Below, in pieces: positions 39,511-50,138 of a stretch of 64,000 nucleotides of DNA. The DNA comes from Bacteroides sp. (GTDB taxonomy: Bacteria > Bacteroidota > Bacteroidia > Bacteroidales > Bacteroidaceae), in assembly GCF_030151085.1 (NCBI RefSeq), contig NZ_JASLER010000069.1, positions 4,830-68,829 of the forward strand, in the 5' to 3' direction. The first letter of the stretch is position 1. Every line of letters begins with the position of its first letter. The notes under the pieces are model-generated. The model was not told the DNA's origin and did no database searches. It worked only from the letters and a program-made list of their open reading frames with translations. The position numbers and the translations under genes were made by a program.

Positions 39511-41259
39511 ATGAAAGCAGCATTTCAAATATCACTGTATGTCATTTTTCTATCAATTTGCGTATGCTCTTGCCAGCACAAACCCTATCCACGGAGCATG
39601 CAAATTGCCGATTCAATCGTCGATACAGCACCCGACAGTGCAGTAGCACTATTAGCACAACTAAAAGACAGCATTCTTTCAGAACCTAAATCTACCTGTA
39701 TGTATTACAAATTGCTTTCCATCAAAGCAAAAGATAAAGCATACATTCCGCATACATCAGATAGTCTTATCTTGCAAGTAATTCATTACTATGAGCAAAG
39801 AGAAGATCACAAGCATCTGCCGGAAGCCTATTATTATGCCGGACGTACCTACAGAGATTTAGGAGATGCACCCCAAGCTCTGGATTACTTTCAGAAGGCG
39901 GTCGATAAAATAGGAAAAGGAAATGATTATAAACTTTACAGCAGAATGTATAGTCAGATGGGTACTTTGTATATGTATCAAGATATGTACGAAGAAGCAT
40001 TGAAAGCATCTAAAAAAGCGAACTATTATGATATTCTAGCAAGAGATAGTACTGCAATCATATTCAATTTACGGAATATCGGACTTTCATTTACTGGTAT
40101 TAATAATGCAGATAGCGCTCTATTCTATTACAGCAAAGCCCATGAACAAGCTAAATTAATAGGTAACCAAGACTTGATGGACATGCTAAAAATAGACTTA
40201 GCGAGTCTTTACAAACAATTAAAAAGATACGACTCTGCCAAAATAGAATTGCAGCAGCTATTCAACCCTGGTAAGAAGATACGTCAAAGTACTATTTACA
40301 CTATTTATGCAGATTTATTATACCAAATGCAGAATTTAGACTCAGCATCCTATTATTATAATCAACTTCTAGAAATTGGCACTGTCTATGCCAAAAAAGT
40401 TGCTCACTGGAAACTTGCAAAAATCAGTCAAAGTCACAATAATAATAGGATGCTAATGGAACATATACAAAAATACATGGATTATACCGATTCTATCCAA
40501 AAGAAAACAGATACAGAGACCATTTACAAAATGCAATCGCTATATAATTATCAGTTACGTGAAAAGGAAAATAGTAAACTTAGGATTCATAATGCTCAAC
40601 AGCAATTATATATTACCTACACCATATTCGGCGTAATTATTGTAATTGCATTCATAACAATCTACATACAATACAGCTCACGCAAAAAACATCAATTGAA
40701 TGAACAACTAAACAAACTAAAGAAAATTCAGGAGGAACAATATCTCAAAAGTACAAAGTTCATTGAAGCCAATAAAATACAAATGCAAAAACTAGAAGAT
40801 AAGTTGCAAAACAGTACAATTGAAAATAGTACTTTACTAGCCTTACTTCAAATTCAAAAAGAGCAAATCATGCAAATGAATTGCAAAATTGAAACCGACC
40901 GTAAAGAACAAGAAATAGCAGAAATAGCATTTAAACAATCCAGTATTTATAACCGTTTCCATAAAGCAATCAATGATGCTAAAATCAAACTTACAAGTGA
41001 AGACTGGAATGCTTTACAAAGCCAGATTGACAATTGCTACAAAGATTTCACCACTCGTTTAAGGGCACTATACCCTATTAGTGAAATAGAACTTCAAATC
41101 TGCCTATTACTAAAAGCCAACATAACGACCACCGGAATAGCACAATTAACAGGTCGCTCTAAATCTGCTATCGTATCTGCCCGTAAGAAACTATATGAGA
41201 AAATACATAATCAATCAGGGAAAGCAGAAGAATGGGATGCCTTCATCGCTACTTTCTAA
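39511..41259 (+). CDS. Membrane-anchored TPR-containing transcriptional regulator with C-terminal LuxR-like HTH
   Basis: N-terminal signal (CVCSC), TPR repeats (EAYYYAGRTYRDLGDAPQALDYFQKA), TM helix, coiled coil, ELQICLLLKANITTTGIAQLTGRSKSAIVSARKKL; TACATTTG promoter at 39477. Confidence 0.75.
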   Translation: MKAAFQISLYVIFLSICVCSCQHKPYPRSMQIADSIVDTAPDSAVALLAQLKDSILSEPKSTCMYYKLLSIKAKDKAYIPHTSDSLILQVIHYYEQREDHKHLPEAYYYAGRTYRDLGDAPQALDYFQKAVDKIGKGNDYKLYSRMYSQMGTLYMYQDMYEEALKASKKANYYDILARDSTAIIFNLRNIGLSFTGINNADSALFYYSKAHEQAKLIGNQDLMDMLKIDLASLYKQLKRYDSAKIELQQLFNPGKKIRQSTIYTIYADLLYQMQNLDSASYYYNQLLEIGTVYAKKVAHWKLAKISQSHNNNRMLMEHIQKYMDYTDSIQKKTDTETIYKMQSLYNYQLREKENSKLRIHNAQQQLYITYTIFGVIIVIAFITIYIQYSSRKKHQLNEQLNKLKKIQEEQYLKSTKFIEANKIQMQKLEDKLQNSTIENSTLLALLQIQKEQIMQMNCKIETDRKEQEIAEIAFKQSSIYNRFHKAINDAKIKLTSEDWNALQSQIDNCYKDFTTRLRALYPISEIELQICLLLKANITTTGIAQLTGRSKSAIVSARKKLYEKIHNQSGKAEEWDAFIATF

Positions 41260-41304
41260 TTTGTAGAATCATATATTTCTTGTTGTAAATACTATTATAA
41301 GATT

Positions 41305-41366
41305 AAAAACCGCACAAAAACCGCACACGTTTGATTGCTGAAATAACAAAATCTAAGCTAATTTTG
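41305..41366 (+). promoter_or_regulatory. Promoter with tandem AAAAACCGCAC repeat upstream of the DUF3244-like gene
   Basis: AAAAACCGCAC at 41305 and 41316; TAATTTTG at 41359-41366. Confidence 0.55.
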
Positions 41367-41392
41367 TGACTGTAACTTTAAAAAATAAAGCC

Positions 41393-41746
41393 ATGAAACA
41401 TTTCATTTTTGCATGTGTCGTTTTCTTATTTGCTTTTCAGCCTTTAGCACAAGCTATAGACATCAAATTTCTTCCGGAAGAAGCAACCGAAGACCTGCGT
41501 TCTATTTCTATAGAACCTACTGCTACTCTTGATGGAAGCGTCATTAGCATTTCTGCCCCTGTTACATTACGTAATGTAAGTGTCGTTGTGAAAGACATGA
41601 CTGGTAATGCGATTTATTCCGAGACAACCGTCATTTCTGCCAAACAGTATCATTCATTTGTACTGGATAACGTAGAAGATGGAGACTATATACTTGAAGT
41701 AACCTTTGGAGACAAATACTTCTATGGGTATTTCACACTACAGTAA
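41393..41746 (+). CDS. Small secreted Ig-like protein (DUF3244-like)
   Basis: ATG at 41393 gives a signal peptide MKHFIFACVVFLFAFQPLAQA; VVVKDMTGNAIYSE, GDYILEV, FYGYF. Confidence 0.75.
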   Translation: MKHFIFACVVFLFAFQPLAQAIDIKFLPEEATEDLRSISIEPTATLDGSVISISAPVTLRNVSVVVKDMTGNAIYSETTVISAKQYHSFVLDNVEDGDYILEVTFGDKYFYGYFTLQ

Positions 41747-42013
41747 TACGATTACCTAAATCATCCTTCTATAAAGGAGGTATAATAGCAAGTACATCAA
41801 GCTGTATACTACCATTATGCTTCCTTTCCAAAAATCTACATAGATATTTTATATCTGCTATGATTATAAAGAAGCATTCTTGACCATTAGTCATGCTTCT
41901 CCCATATTGTAAACCGTATAAAATCATATACGGTATTTCTCTTTATTTTCTCTGCAAAGCATCTTACCCTCAACAAGTATTAAAGTAGAATTAACCTAAC
42001 TTACAATAGCAAA

Positions 42014-42454
42014 ATGAATAATATTTTCTATAAACTTCGTACAATCGTTGATAAGATTCCCAAAATCATTCTTATAACGTTCTTATTAGGTGTAATAGTA
42101 CTCATACCTTTTCCTGAAACCATAACAGGAGAAGTTACATTAGCTAATTTTGAAAATCAAGACGCATGCGTTATCGGAGAACTACCATACCAATATATCA
42201 CCAAACTGAAAGAAGGAACTTGTGTTAAGATAGAACTCGATGGGTTCAGCGTAAAAGAAGAGGGAAAACACATCGGATACATCACTCATATAAATAGAGA
42301 AACTAAAGAAACTTCAGAAGGAACATTTTTCACATATACCATCTTATTAATCAACAATCCTTTTATGTTTAAAGGGATGAAAGGAAGAGCATCAATCTTT
42401 CTATGCCAAAAGAATCTCTTAACAAGGGCTGTTGAGTTACTCTATATCCCGTAA
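42014..42454 (+). CDS. Short HlyD/AprE-like protein (TM plus C-terminal beta domain only)
   Basis: IPFPETITGEVTL, KLKEGTCVKIELDGF, GMKGRASI resemble the HlyD N- and C-termini, with no hairpin/lipoyl core. Confidence 0.5.
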   Translation: MNNIFYKLRTIVDKIPKIILITFLLGVIVLIPFPETITGEVTLANFENQDACVIGELPYQYITKLKEGTCVKIELDGFSVKEEGKHIGYITHINRETKETSEGTFFTYTILLINNPFMFKGMKGRASIFLCQKNLLTRAVELLYIP

Positions 42455-42493
42455 TCTGTATCCATTAATATAAATAAAATTATATCTGTTTCC
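42455..42493. promoter_or_regulatory. Candidate MocR operator upstream of the aminotransferase
   Basis: TCTGTATCC (42455) and TCTGTTTCC (42485), 30-bp spacing, mirrored upstream of the MocR gene. Confidence 0.5.
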
Positions 42494-42549
42494 GCTTTCT
42501 TATTTTGCTTTACTTTGCAACATCTTAATTTTCAAACAGATTTAACGAT

Positions 42550-43746
42550 ATGGAATTGAATTTTGCAAAGAGGATGTCTTATATCAAGGCTTCAGAAATT
42601 AGAGAGATACTTAAAGTCACAGAACAAGAAGATGTTATTTCGTTCGCAGGCGGCCTACCGGCACCTGAGCTTTTCCCGATAGAAGAGATTAATGAAATAA
42701 ACCAAATAGTATTGAAGGAGGCAGGTACAAAAGCACTCCAATATACTACCACAGAAGGTTATGCTCCTTTAAGGGAATGGATTTCCAAACGAATGAACGA
42801 ACGTCTAGGAACATCTTTCGATAAAGATAATATTCTGATAACTCATGGTTCGCAGCAAGGATTAGACCTGTCCGGCAAAGTCTTTTTGGACGAGGGAGAT
42901 ATTGTATTATGTGAAAGTCCTACCTATCTAGCTGCAATCAGTGCTTTTAAGGCATACGGTTGTAGCTTTATTGAAATTCCTACTGATAAATACGGTATGA
43001 ATATGGATATCCTGGAAGATGTTTTACGTAAAACAAAAAACATAAAACTAATATATGTAATTCCGACTTTCCAGAATCCTACAGGAAAGACATGGAATTT
43101 GGAAAGACGTAAAAGACTGGCTGAATTGTCAGCACAATATGGTGTTGCAGTTGTAGAAGATAACCCTTATGGTGAATTAAGGTTTGAAGGAGAGGCTTTA
43201 CCCTCTATAAAATCGTTCGATATGGTTGGCAACATCTTGTGTACCGGTAGTTTTTCTAAAATATTCTGTCCCGGTTTCCGAATAGGGTGGATTGCAGGAG
43301 ATAAAGACATTATCCGTAAATATGTATTAGTGAAACAGGGAACCGATTTACAATGCAATACCATTGCGCAAATAACCATTGCCGAATACCTAAAAAGATA
43401 CGATATCGATAAGCATATACAGAAAATAGTCGAAGTATACAGAAGACGCAGAGATATAGCCGTAAGATGTATAGAATGTTACTTCCCAAACAATATAAAG
43501 TTCACTCACCCCGAAGGTGGATTATTTACCTGGATAGAACTTCCTGAAGGAATTTCAGCACGTGAGATACTAGAAAAGTGTCTTGAGAAAAAGATTGCAT
43601 TCGTACCGGGAGGTTCTTTTTTCCCGAATAAGAATAAGGAAAATACATTCAGAATAAACTATTCCAATATGCCGGAAGATAGAATAGAGAAAGGTCTTCA
43701 AATTCTTGGAGAAGTAGTAAAGGGGTATATCAGCCAATCAGAATGA
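42550..43746 (+). CDS. PLP-dependent aminotransferase class I/II (LysN/ARO8-like)
   Basis: ISFAGGLP, GSQQGLDL, IPTFQNPTG, EDNPYGEL, GSFSKIFCPGFRIGW. Confidence 0.92.
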   Translation: MELNFAKRMSYIKASEIREILKVTEQEDVISFAGGLPAPELFPIEEINEINQIVLKEAGTKALQYTTTEGYAPLREWISKRMNERLGTSFDKDNILITHGSQQGLDLSGKVFLDEGDIVLCESPTYLAAISAFKAYGCSFIEIPTDKYGMNMDILEDVLRKTKNIKLIYVIPTFQNPTGKTWNLERRKRLAELSAQYGVAVVEDNPYGELRFEGEALPSIKSFDMVGNILCTGSFSKIFCPGFRIGWIAGDKDIIRKYVLVKQGTDLQCNTIAQITIAEYLKRYDIDKHIQKIVEVYRRRRDIAVRCIECYFPNNIKFTHPEGGLFTWIELPEGISAREILEKCLEKKIAFVPGGSFFPNKNKENTFRINYSNMPEDRIEKGLQILGEVVKGYISQSE

Positions 43747-45162
43747 TTCTTTGATAATTGTTCCCAATAACCTCAAGCGTTCTTCAATAAAAGGAGTCCA
43801 GCGTTGTCCATAACTTAAACGCATACAGTTTTTATACTGGTCTTGCAAAGTGAACATACGTCCGGGAGCAATACTTATGTTTTGTTGCATAGCTTTATAA
43901 TATAGTTTTGTAGTATCTATTTTTTTATCTAATTCCACCCAAAGCATAAATCCACCTTGCGGAGTTATGATTTTTGTTTCTTCAGGGAAATAGTTCGTAA
44001 TGGATTGTGTAAAGTGGAGACTATTGGTATGCAACTCATGGCGTAATTTGCGTAAGTGGTTCTCATATCTATCATTCTCCATAAAATTGGCAACGGCCTC
44101 CTGATTCAGGGCTGGCGTTGAGATCAGGTGAATATTCTTTTGACGAATAACAGCATCCTTAAATTTACCGGGGGCAATCCAGCCTACCCGGTAACCGGGT
44201 GCCAATGTCTTGGATACAGCGCCACACCATAGTACAAGTCCACTCTTATCAAATGCTTTACATGGCTTAGGACGCGAACTTCCAAAGAAGACATCACCAT
44301 ACAAGTCGTCTTCGATCAGAGGGATATTATACTCCGCCAACATATCTACGATCCTCTTTTTATGTTCGTCCGGCATACAACTTCCCATAGGATTACTGAA
44401 ATTGCTGATAAGTAAACAGACATTTATTTGTGGCAGTACTTTTTTCAATGCATCGGGATCAACTCCTGTAGCAGGATTTGTAGGCAGTTCTAATACCCGG
44501 AGTCCTAAACTGTTTGCCAACTGCAATATTCCGAAATAGACCGGACTTTCCACCGCAATCGTATCTCCTTTTTTAGTGGTTACAGATAAAGCCAAAGCAA
44601 TCGCATTAGTAACTCCGGCAGTTGTTACAATATCATCTTCCGTCAAATTGCCATTCCAACAATATGTAAACCGGGCGATGTCTTTCCTAAGCCGAAGGTT
44701 GCCTTGTGTTTCATCATATCGGGTCCCATTTCCCGGAAGTGATCTCATTGCCCTGATAAGTTCTTTATTAAGCTTTGCAATAGGTAACAGAACATCTTCA
44801 GGCATTCCTAACGAGAAACGGGTGATAGATTTATCACCAATCTCTAACGAACTATATACCTCGGCTATCAAGTCTGCCACTTCCTCAACTTCAAACTTCA
44901 CAGCGGGTTGTGTAGTGACGGGAGCAGACAAACGCGTGGGTCTATAACTCACGATATACCCCGATTTGGGACGTGAAACAATGAATCCATCTTTCTCTAA
45001 TTCGTAGTATGCCTGAATTGCAGTATTCAAGCTTACCCCATTTTCATTACTGATGGTACGTAGAGAAGGTAGTTTCTCTCCTATCTTCCATACTCCTCTT
45101 TTTATCTGCCAGGCAATGGTTTGCGCTATTCTCTGATATAAGGCATCTTTTTCCATACTCAT
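43738..45162 (-). CDS. MocR/GabR family transcriptional regulator (GntR HTH plus aminotransferase domain)
   Basis: LYQRIA, GEKLPSLR, AIQAYYELE, then NFSNPMG, IEDDLY, SKTLAPGYRVGW. Confidence 0.93.
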   Translation of the reverse strand: MSMEKDALYQRIAQTIAWQIKRGVWKIGEKLPSLRTISNENGVSLNTAIQAYYELEKDGFIVSRPKSGYIVSYRPTRLSAPVTTQPAVKFEVEEVADLIAEVYSSLEIGDKSITRFSLGMPEDVLLPIAKLNKELIRAMRSLPGNGTRYDETQGNLRLRKDIARFTYCWNGNLTEDDIVTTAGVTNAIALALSVTTKKGDTIAVESPVYFGILQLANSLGLRVLELPTNPATGVDPDALKKVLPQINVCLLISNFSNPMGSCMPDEHKKRIVDMLAEYNIPLIEDDLYGDVFFGSSRPKPCKAFDKSGLVLWCGAVSKTLAPGYRVGWIAPGKFKDAVIRQKNIHLISTPALNQEAVANFMENDRYENHLRKLRHELHTNSLHFTQSITNYFPEETKIITPQGGFMLWVELDKKIDTTKLYYKAMQQNISIAPGRMFTLQDQYKNCMRLSYGQRWTPFIEERLRLLGTIIKESF

Positions 45163-45166
45163 TCAT

Positions 45167-45280
45167 TCTGTTACCGGCAAATATAGATAAATAACATCTG
45201 TGTCTACCCTATTTTCTTAAGTTATTTCCGGAATAGGAGATTCATAAAACTGATTATTTAGCAGAAAATAGCTATCTTTG
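45167..45280. promoter_or_regulatory. Divergent promoters of the MocR gene and metG
   Basis: TATATTTG minus (45178-45185) flanked by TCTG repeats at 45167 and 45197; TATCTTTG plus (45273-45280). Confidence 0.55.
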
Positions 45281-45324
45281 CGCCCTGTAAAAGCGTTCAT
45301 AACAAAAGAGATACATATAACACA

Positions 45325-47367
45325 ATGGAAAAGAAATTCAAACGTACCACCGTGACCTCGGCTCTGCCATACGCAAACGGGCCTGTACATATCGGACACC
45401 TCGCCGGTGTCTATGTTCCTGCAGATATCTATGTTCGTTACCTCAGATTGAAAAAGGAGGATGTAGTCTTTATCGGAGGCTCCGATGAACACGGAGTGCC
45501 CATCACTATCCGTGCCAAGAAAGAGGGTGTCACTCCTCAGGATATAGTAGATCGTTATCATTCTCTTATCAAGAAATCTTTCGAGAACTTCGGCATTTCA
45601 TTTGATATATATAGCCGGACTACTTCAAAGACTCACCATGATACAGCTTCTGACTTCTTCCGTAAACTGTACGACAAAGGCGATTTTATTGAAAAGACCA
45701 GCATGCAATATTATGACGAGGAAGCCAAAACTTTCCTTGCCGACCGCTACATCACAGGTGAATGCCCCCACTGCCATGCAGAAGGTGCATACGGCGACCA
45801 ATGCGAGAAATGCGGTACCAGCCTCAGCCCTACAGACCTTATTAATCCGAAGAGTGCCATCAGCGGAAGTGAACCCGTAATGCGCGAAACCAAGCATTGG
45901 TACTTACCTCTGGACAAGCACGAAGAATGGTTACGCCAATGGATTCTGGAAGATCATAAAGAATGGCGTCCAAACGTATATGGTCAATGCAAAAGTTGGC
46001 TCGACATGGGCTTGCAGCCACGTGCCGTTAGCCGTGACCTGGATTGGGGTATCCCTGTTCCGGTAGAAGGTGCCGAAGGGAAAGTGCTCTATGTATGGTT
46101 TGACGCTCCTATCGGTTATATAAGCAATACCAAAGAACTGCTGCCCGACTCTTGGGAAACTTGGTGGAAAGATCCTGAGACACGCCTTGTTCACTTTATC
46201 GGTAAGGACAATATCGTATTCCATTGTATCGTATTCCCTGCTATGTTGAAGGCTGAAGGTAGTTATATTCTGCCGGACAATGTACCAAGCAATGAGTTCC
46301 TGAACCTGGAGGGAGACAAAATCTCCACTTCACGCAACTGGGCAGTTTGGCTGCACGAGTATCTGGAAGATTTCCCCGGCAAGCAGGATGTACTTCGCTA
46401 TGTACTTACAGCCAATGCTCCGGAAACTAAAGACAATGACTTCACTTGGAAAGACTTCCAAGCTCGCAATAATAACGAATTGGTAGCCGTTTATGGTAAC
46501 TTCGTAAACCGTGCGTTGCAACTCACCAAGAAGTACTTCGACGGGTGCGTGCCCGCACAAGGTAATTTGACTGATTACGACCGCGAAACTTTGAAAGAGT
46601 TTGCTGATGTAAAGGCAGAAGTGGAGAAGTTACTTGATGTATTCAAGTTCCGCGATGCCCAGAAAGAGGCAATGAACCTTGCCCGCATCGGTAACAAATA
46701 TCTGGCTGATACCGAACCGTGGAAGATTGCCAAGACCGACATGGATCGTGTTGCCACTATCTTAAACATCTCGTTACAGTTGGTTGCCAACCTTGCCATT
46801 GCTTTCGAACCGTTCCTACCGTTCAGCAGTGAGAAACTTCGCAAGATGTTGAACATGAACAGTTTTGATTGGGCAGAACTGGGTCATACCGATTTGCTTC
46901 CTACCGGACACCAATTGGGTACTCCCGAACTGCTGTTCGAGAAGTTGGAAGACGACGTTATCCAAGCACAAGTAGATAAATTATTGGCAACAAAGAAAGC
47001 CAATGAAGCCGCCAACTACAAAGCAAATCCTATCAAGCCAGTTATCTCTTTCGACGATTTTGAGAAGCTGGATATCCGTGTAGGTACTGTAGTAGAATGC
47101 GAAGCAGTGCCCAAGATGAAGAAGCTATTGAAATTCAAAATCGCCGACGGACTGGAGAATCGTACCATCGTAAGTGGTATCGCTGAACACTACAAACCGG
47201 AAGAACTGGTAGGCAAACAAGTACTGTTCATCGCCAACCTTGCTCCACGTCAATTCAAGAATGGACTGGTAAGCGAAGGCATGATACTTTCTGCTGAGAA
47301 TTATGACGGTTCGCTGGCTGTAACTTCTTTGTTGAAGGAAGTGAAGCCGGGAAGTGAAGTAAAGTAA
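45325..47367 (+). CDS. metG: Methionine--tRNA ligase
   Basis: [28 protein letters not shown] zinc knuckle, [16 protein letters not shown]-terminal tRNA-binding domain. Confidence 0.98.
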   Translation: MEKKFKRTTVTSALPYANGPVHIGHLAGVYVPADIYVRYLRLKKEDVVFIGGSDEHGVPITIRAKKEGVTPQDIVDRYHSLIKKSFENFGISFDIYSRTTSKTHHDTASDFFRKLYDKGDFIEKTSMQYYDEEAKTFLADRYITGECPHCHAEGAYGDQCEKCGTSLSPTDLINPKSAISGSEPVMRETKHWYLPLDKHEEWLRQWILEDHKEWRPNVYGQCKSWLDMGLQPRAVSRDLDWGIPVPVEGAEGKVLYVWFDAPIGYISNTKELLPDSWETWWKDPETRLVHFIGKDNIVFHCIVFPAMLKAEGSYILPDNVPSNEFLNLEGDKISTSRNWAVWLHEYLEDFPGKQDVLRYVLTANAPETKDNDFTWKDFQARNNNELVAVYGNFVNRALQLTKKYFDGCVPAQGNLTDYDRETLKEFADVKAEVEKLLDVFKFRDAQKEAMNLARIGNKYLADTEPWKIAKTDMDRVATILNISLQLVANLAIAFEPFLPFSSEKLRKMLNMNSFDWAELGHTDLLPTGHQLGTPELLFEKLEDDVIQAQVDKLLATKKANEAANYKANPIKPVISFDDFEKLDIRVGTVVECEAVPKMKKLLKFKIADGLENRTIVSGIAEHYKPEELVGKQVLFIANLAPRQFKNGLVSEGMILSAENYDGSLAVTSLLKEVKPGSEVK

Positions 47368-47388
47368 GAATTAGGATTATACATATTC

Positions 47389-47481
47389 AAGAAGGTGTGT
47401 CAAAACAGGAAAGTAACTTAAATTCCCCTCCTCCCGGGAGGAGGAGAAATGAGATAGTACTGCATTATGGCACACCTTCTT
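47389..47481. repeat. REP/MITE-like inverted-repeat element between metG and wzx
   Basis: AAGAAGGTGTGTCAAAA / TTATGGCACACCTTCTT arms with internal perfect palindrome CTCCTCCCGGGAGGAG (47428-47443). Confidence 0.6.
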
Positions 47482-47496
47482 GTATTAAAGAATAAC

Positions 47497-48942
47497 ATGG
47501 GCGAATCATCACTAAAAGAGAAAACAGCCAAAGGACTATTCTTAGGTGGCTTCAGCAATGGCATACAACAGTTGTTGAACCTAGGTTTTGGTATAGTCCT
47601 TGGTCGTTTATTGAGTGATTCGGACTACGGTATGGTAGGAATGCTTGCCGTTTTCTCAGCCATTGCTTCCGCATTACAAGAAGGTGGTTTTGTTTCCGCA
47701 CTTACCAACAAAGAACGGGCTTCCCATAAAGACTACAACGCTGTATTCTGGTTCAGCACGCTTTGCAGCATAACCATCTATATCCTGCTATTCTTTGCCG
47801 CACCCTTAATTGCGGACTTTTATAAGACGCCCGAACTAATTCCCCTGGCCCGCTTTTCATTCTTGGGATTCGTTATCTCCAGCTTGAATATTGCACCGAG
47901 GGCTTATCTCTTCAAGAACTTAAAAGTCAAGGAAACGACTATTATCTCTATTTCCAGCCTCACAGTGTCAGGTATTGTAGGTATCACATTAGCAGCCAAT
48001 GGATTTGCTTACTGGGGCATAGCCACACAAACCATTTCGTACGTTCTGGCAATGACGATACTTACTTTCTACTTCTCCCGTTGGAGACCTAGCTTCCTTA
48101 TTGATTTCTCACCAATCAGGGAGATGATAGGATTCAGCAGCAAACTGATTATCACAAGCATCTTTCATATCATTAATACGAATTTATTCTCTGTTTTACT
48201 GGGTAAGTTCTATTCAGAACGGGAAGTGGGTAACTTTACCCAAGCCAACAAATGGAACGGAATGGGTCATACACTCATTACAGGCATGATTAACGGTATT
48301 GCACAGCCTGTCTTTACAAGTGTAGCCAACGACAGAGCACGCCAATTGGTCATATTCAGAAAACTACTCAGGTTCACGGCTTTTATCTCTTTCCCCGCAA
48401 TGCTGGGGTTAAGCCTCGTTTCAAAGGAACTTATAGTAATCACTATCACAGAAAAGTGGTTGCCAAGTGCCTATATCTTGCAATTATTATGCATTTGGGG
48501 AGCATTCATTCCTATTATCAATCTTTTCTCTAATCTGATTATCAGCCGGGGGTATTCCTCAATTTACATGTGGAATACAATTGGTCTGAGCATAGTGCAA
48601 ATCATAGCTGTATGTGCCATGTTCCCCTTTGGATTGGAGTGGATGCTACGCATTTTCGTACTAATCAATATCAGTTGGCTGTTTGTTTGGTTTGTATTTG
48701 TAAAAAGAGAGATCGGATTGACGCTGCGTGATATGCTGAAAGACATTTCACCCTATCTATTATTGTCGGTCGTACTGGTTTTAGGTACACACTATGCTAC
48801 ACGTTCCATTGAGAACCTTTATCTGAGTATGGCTGTAAAAGTAATCATTGTAGCCGGTTTGTATGTACTGACCTTATGGAAGTTACATTCCGTGATTTTG
48901 CAGGAAAGTATTGAATTCCTCCTAAAGAAAATAAAGAAATGA
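47497..48942 (+). CDS. wzx: Wzx-type oligosaccharide flippase
   Basis: SLKEKTAKGLF, LGRLLSDSDYGMVGM, PLIADFY, many TM helices; start set at ATG 47497 because 47467 lies inside the repeat. Confidence 0.88.
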   Translation: MGESSLKEKTAKGLFLGGFSNGIQQLLNLGFGIVLGRLLSDSDYGMVGMLAVFSAIASALQEGGFVSALTNKERASHKDYNAVFWFSTLCSITIYILLFFAAPLIADFYKTPELIPLARFSFLGFVISSLNIAPRAYLFKNLKVKETTIISISSLTVSGIVGITLAANGFAYWGIATQTISYVLAMTILTFYFSRWRPSFLIDFSPIREMIGFSSKLIITSIFHIINTNLFSVLLGKFYSEREVGNFTQANKWNGMGHTLITGMINGIAQPVFTSVANDRARQLVIFRKLLRFTAFISFPAMLGLSLVSKELIVITITEKWLPSAYILQLLCIWGAFIPIINLFSNLIISRGYSSIYMWNTIGLSIVQIIAVCAMFPFGLEWMLRIFVLINISWLFVWFVFVKREIGLTLRDMLKDISPYLLLSVVLVLGTHYATRSIENLYLSMAVKVIIVAGLYVLTLWKLHSVILQESIEFLLKKIKK

Positions 48943-50132
48943 ATATCCTCATCCAGCAAACCAAAGCATTCCCCCACCGTGCCAACAGCTTCTATTGGTT
49001 TTATTACCAGCTGACGGAATGGCTAACCAACCATGGCATAAAGAGTGAGCTTTTCTTCTGCTATCTGGAAGTAGATGACAGTGGATTTGATAATGGTTTG
49101 CTCTTACCAGACCGATATCCCCAATTCTATACTCCACGAAATATAGAGGCTGTATGCAAGTACATTAAGGATAAGCATATAGACGTCATTCTGGACTATT
49201 CGCACGTTATCACCGGAGACACCAAGAAGTACTATCAGGAAATCAGACGCAGGAATCCTGCGCTGAAAATCTTCACCATGATACACAACTGCCCCAGCCA
49301 CACTACACAGTTGCAAAAATACAAACTATCCCTCCTCAGGTTCAAAGATGTGCACGGAGCCAAGCAACTCTTTCAATGGATGTTACCGGGGCTGTATATT
49401 GGGTTGCTCAAAAAGGTAGTTGCCCGGCAAAACCGTTCGGCATACGATACGCTGGACGAAGTTGTACTGTTATCTCCGTCTTACATCCCGGAGTTCAGAA
49501 GATTGATAAAGATAAAAGATGCAGATAGACTGTCGGCTATACCAAATTCTATACGTCCGGTAGAAAGCCATATACCCATAGAACAAAAGAACCGGGAAAT
49601 CATCTTCGTAGGAAGAATGGAACACGAAAAGGCACTCCCCAAACTACTGAAGGTATGGGAAATGATTCAAAACAGATTGCCCGACTGGCAGCTGACACTT
49701 TTAGGAGATGGCTCTCAAACTGAAGCTATTCGGAAAATCATCAGCCAAAAGAAGCTGCAACGCGTAAATGTAATGGGACATCAAATGGCTATACCTTATA
49801 TAGACAGGGCAAGAATCATTTGTCTGACCTCAGTCATCGAAGGGCTGCCCACTGTTTTTGTGGAAGCCATGTCACTTGGCGTAGTACCCGTAGGATTCGC
49901 ATCTTTCAATGCCATTTATGATATGATTGATGACGGGAAGAACGGGTTTATCATACCCGAAGATCATTATGAAGAATATGCGGAAGTGATTCTCAGGCTA
50001 GCGGAAGACGACCAATTGCGCTGCCGCATAGCCACTCAAGCCCAATCTCAAAGAGAACAGTACGACATAGAACATATAGGTCCGCTTTGGATGAATGTAT
50101 TCAAGAAACACGGACTCGTCAAACATGAATAG
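48939..50132 (+). CDS. Glycosyltransferase family 4
   Basis: AIPNS, IFVGRM, TSVIEGLPTVFVEAMSLG, DGKNGF. Confidence 0.88.
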   Translation: MNILIQQTKAFPHRANSFYWFYYQLTEWLTNHGIKSELFFCYLEVDDSGFDNGLLLPDRYPQFYTPRNIEAVCKYIKDKHIDVILDYSHVITGDTKKYYQEIRRRNPALKIFTMIHNCPSHTTQLQKYKLSLLRFKDVHGAKQLFQWMLPGLYIGLLKKVVARQNRSAYDTLDEVVLLSPSYIPEFRRLIKIKDADRLSAIPNSIRPVESHIPIEQKNREIIFVGRMEHEKALPKLLKVWEMIQNRLPDWQLTLLGDGSQTEAIRKIISQKKLQRVNVMGHQMAIPYIDRARIICLTSVIEGLPTVFVEAMSLGVVPVGFASFNAIYDMIDDGKNGFIIPEDHYEEYAEVILRLAEDDQLRCRIATQAQSQREQYDIEHIGPLWMNVFKKHGLVKHE

Positions 50133-50138
50133 GAGAAT

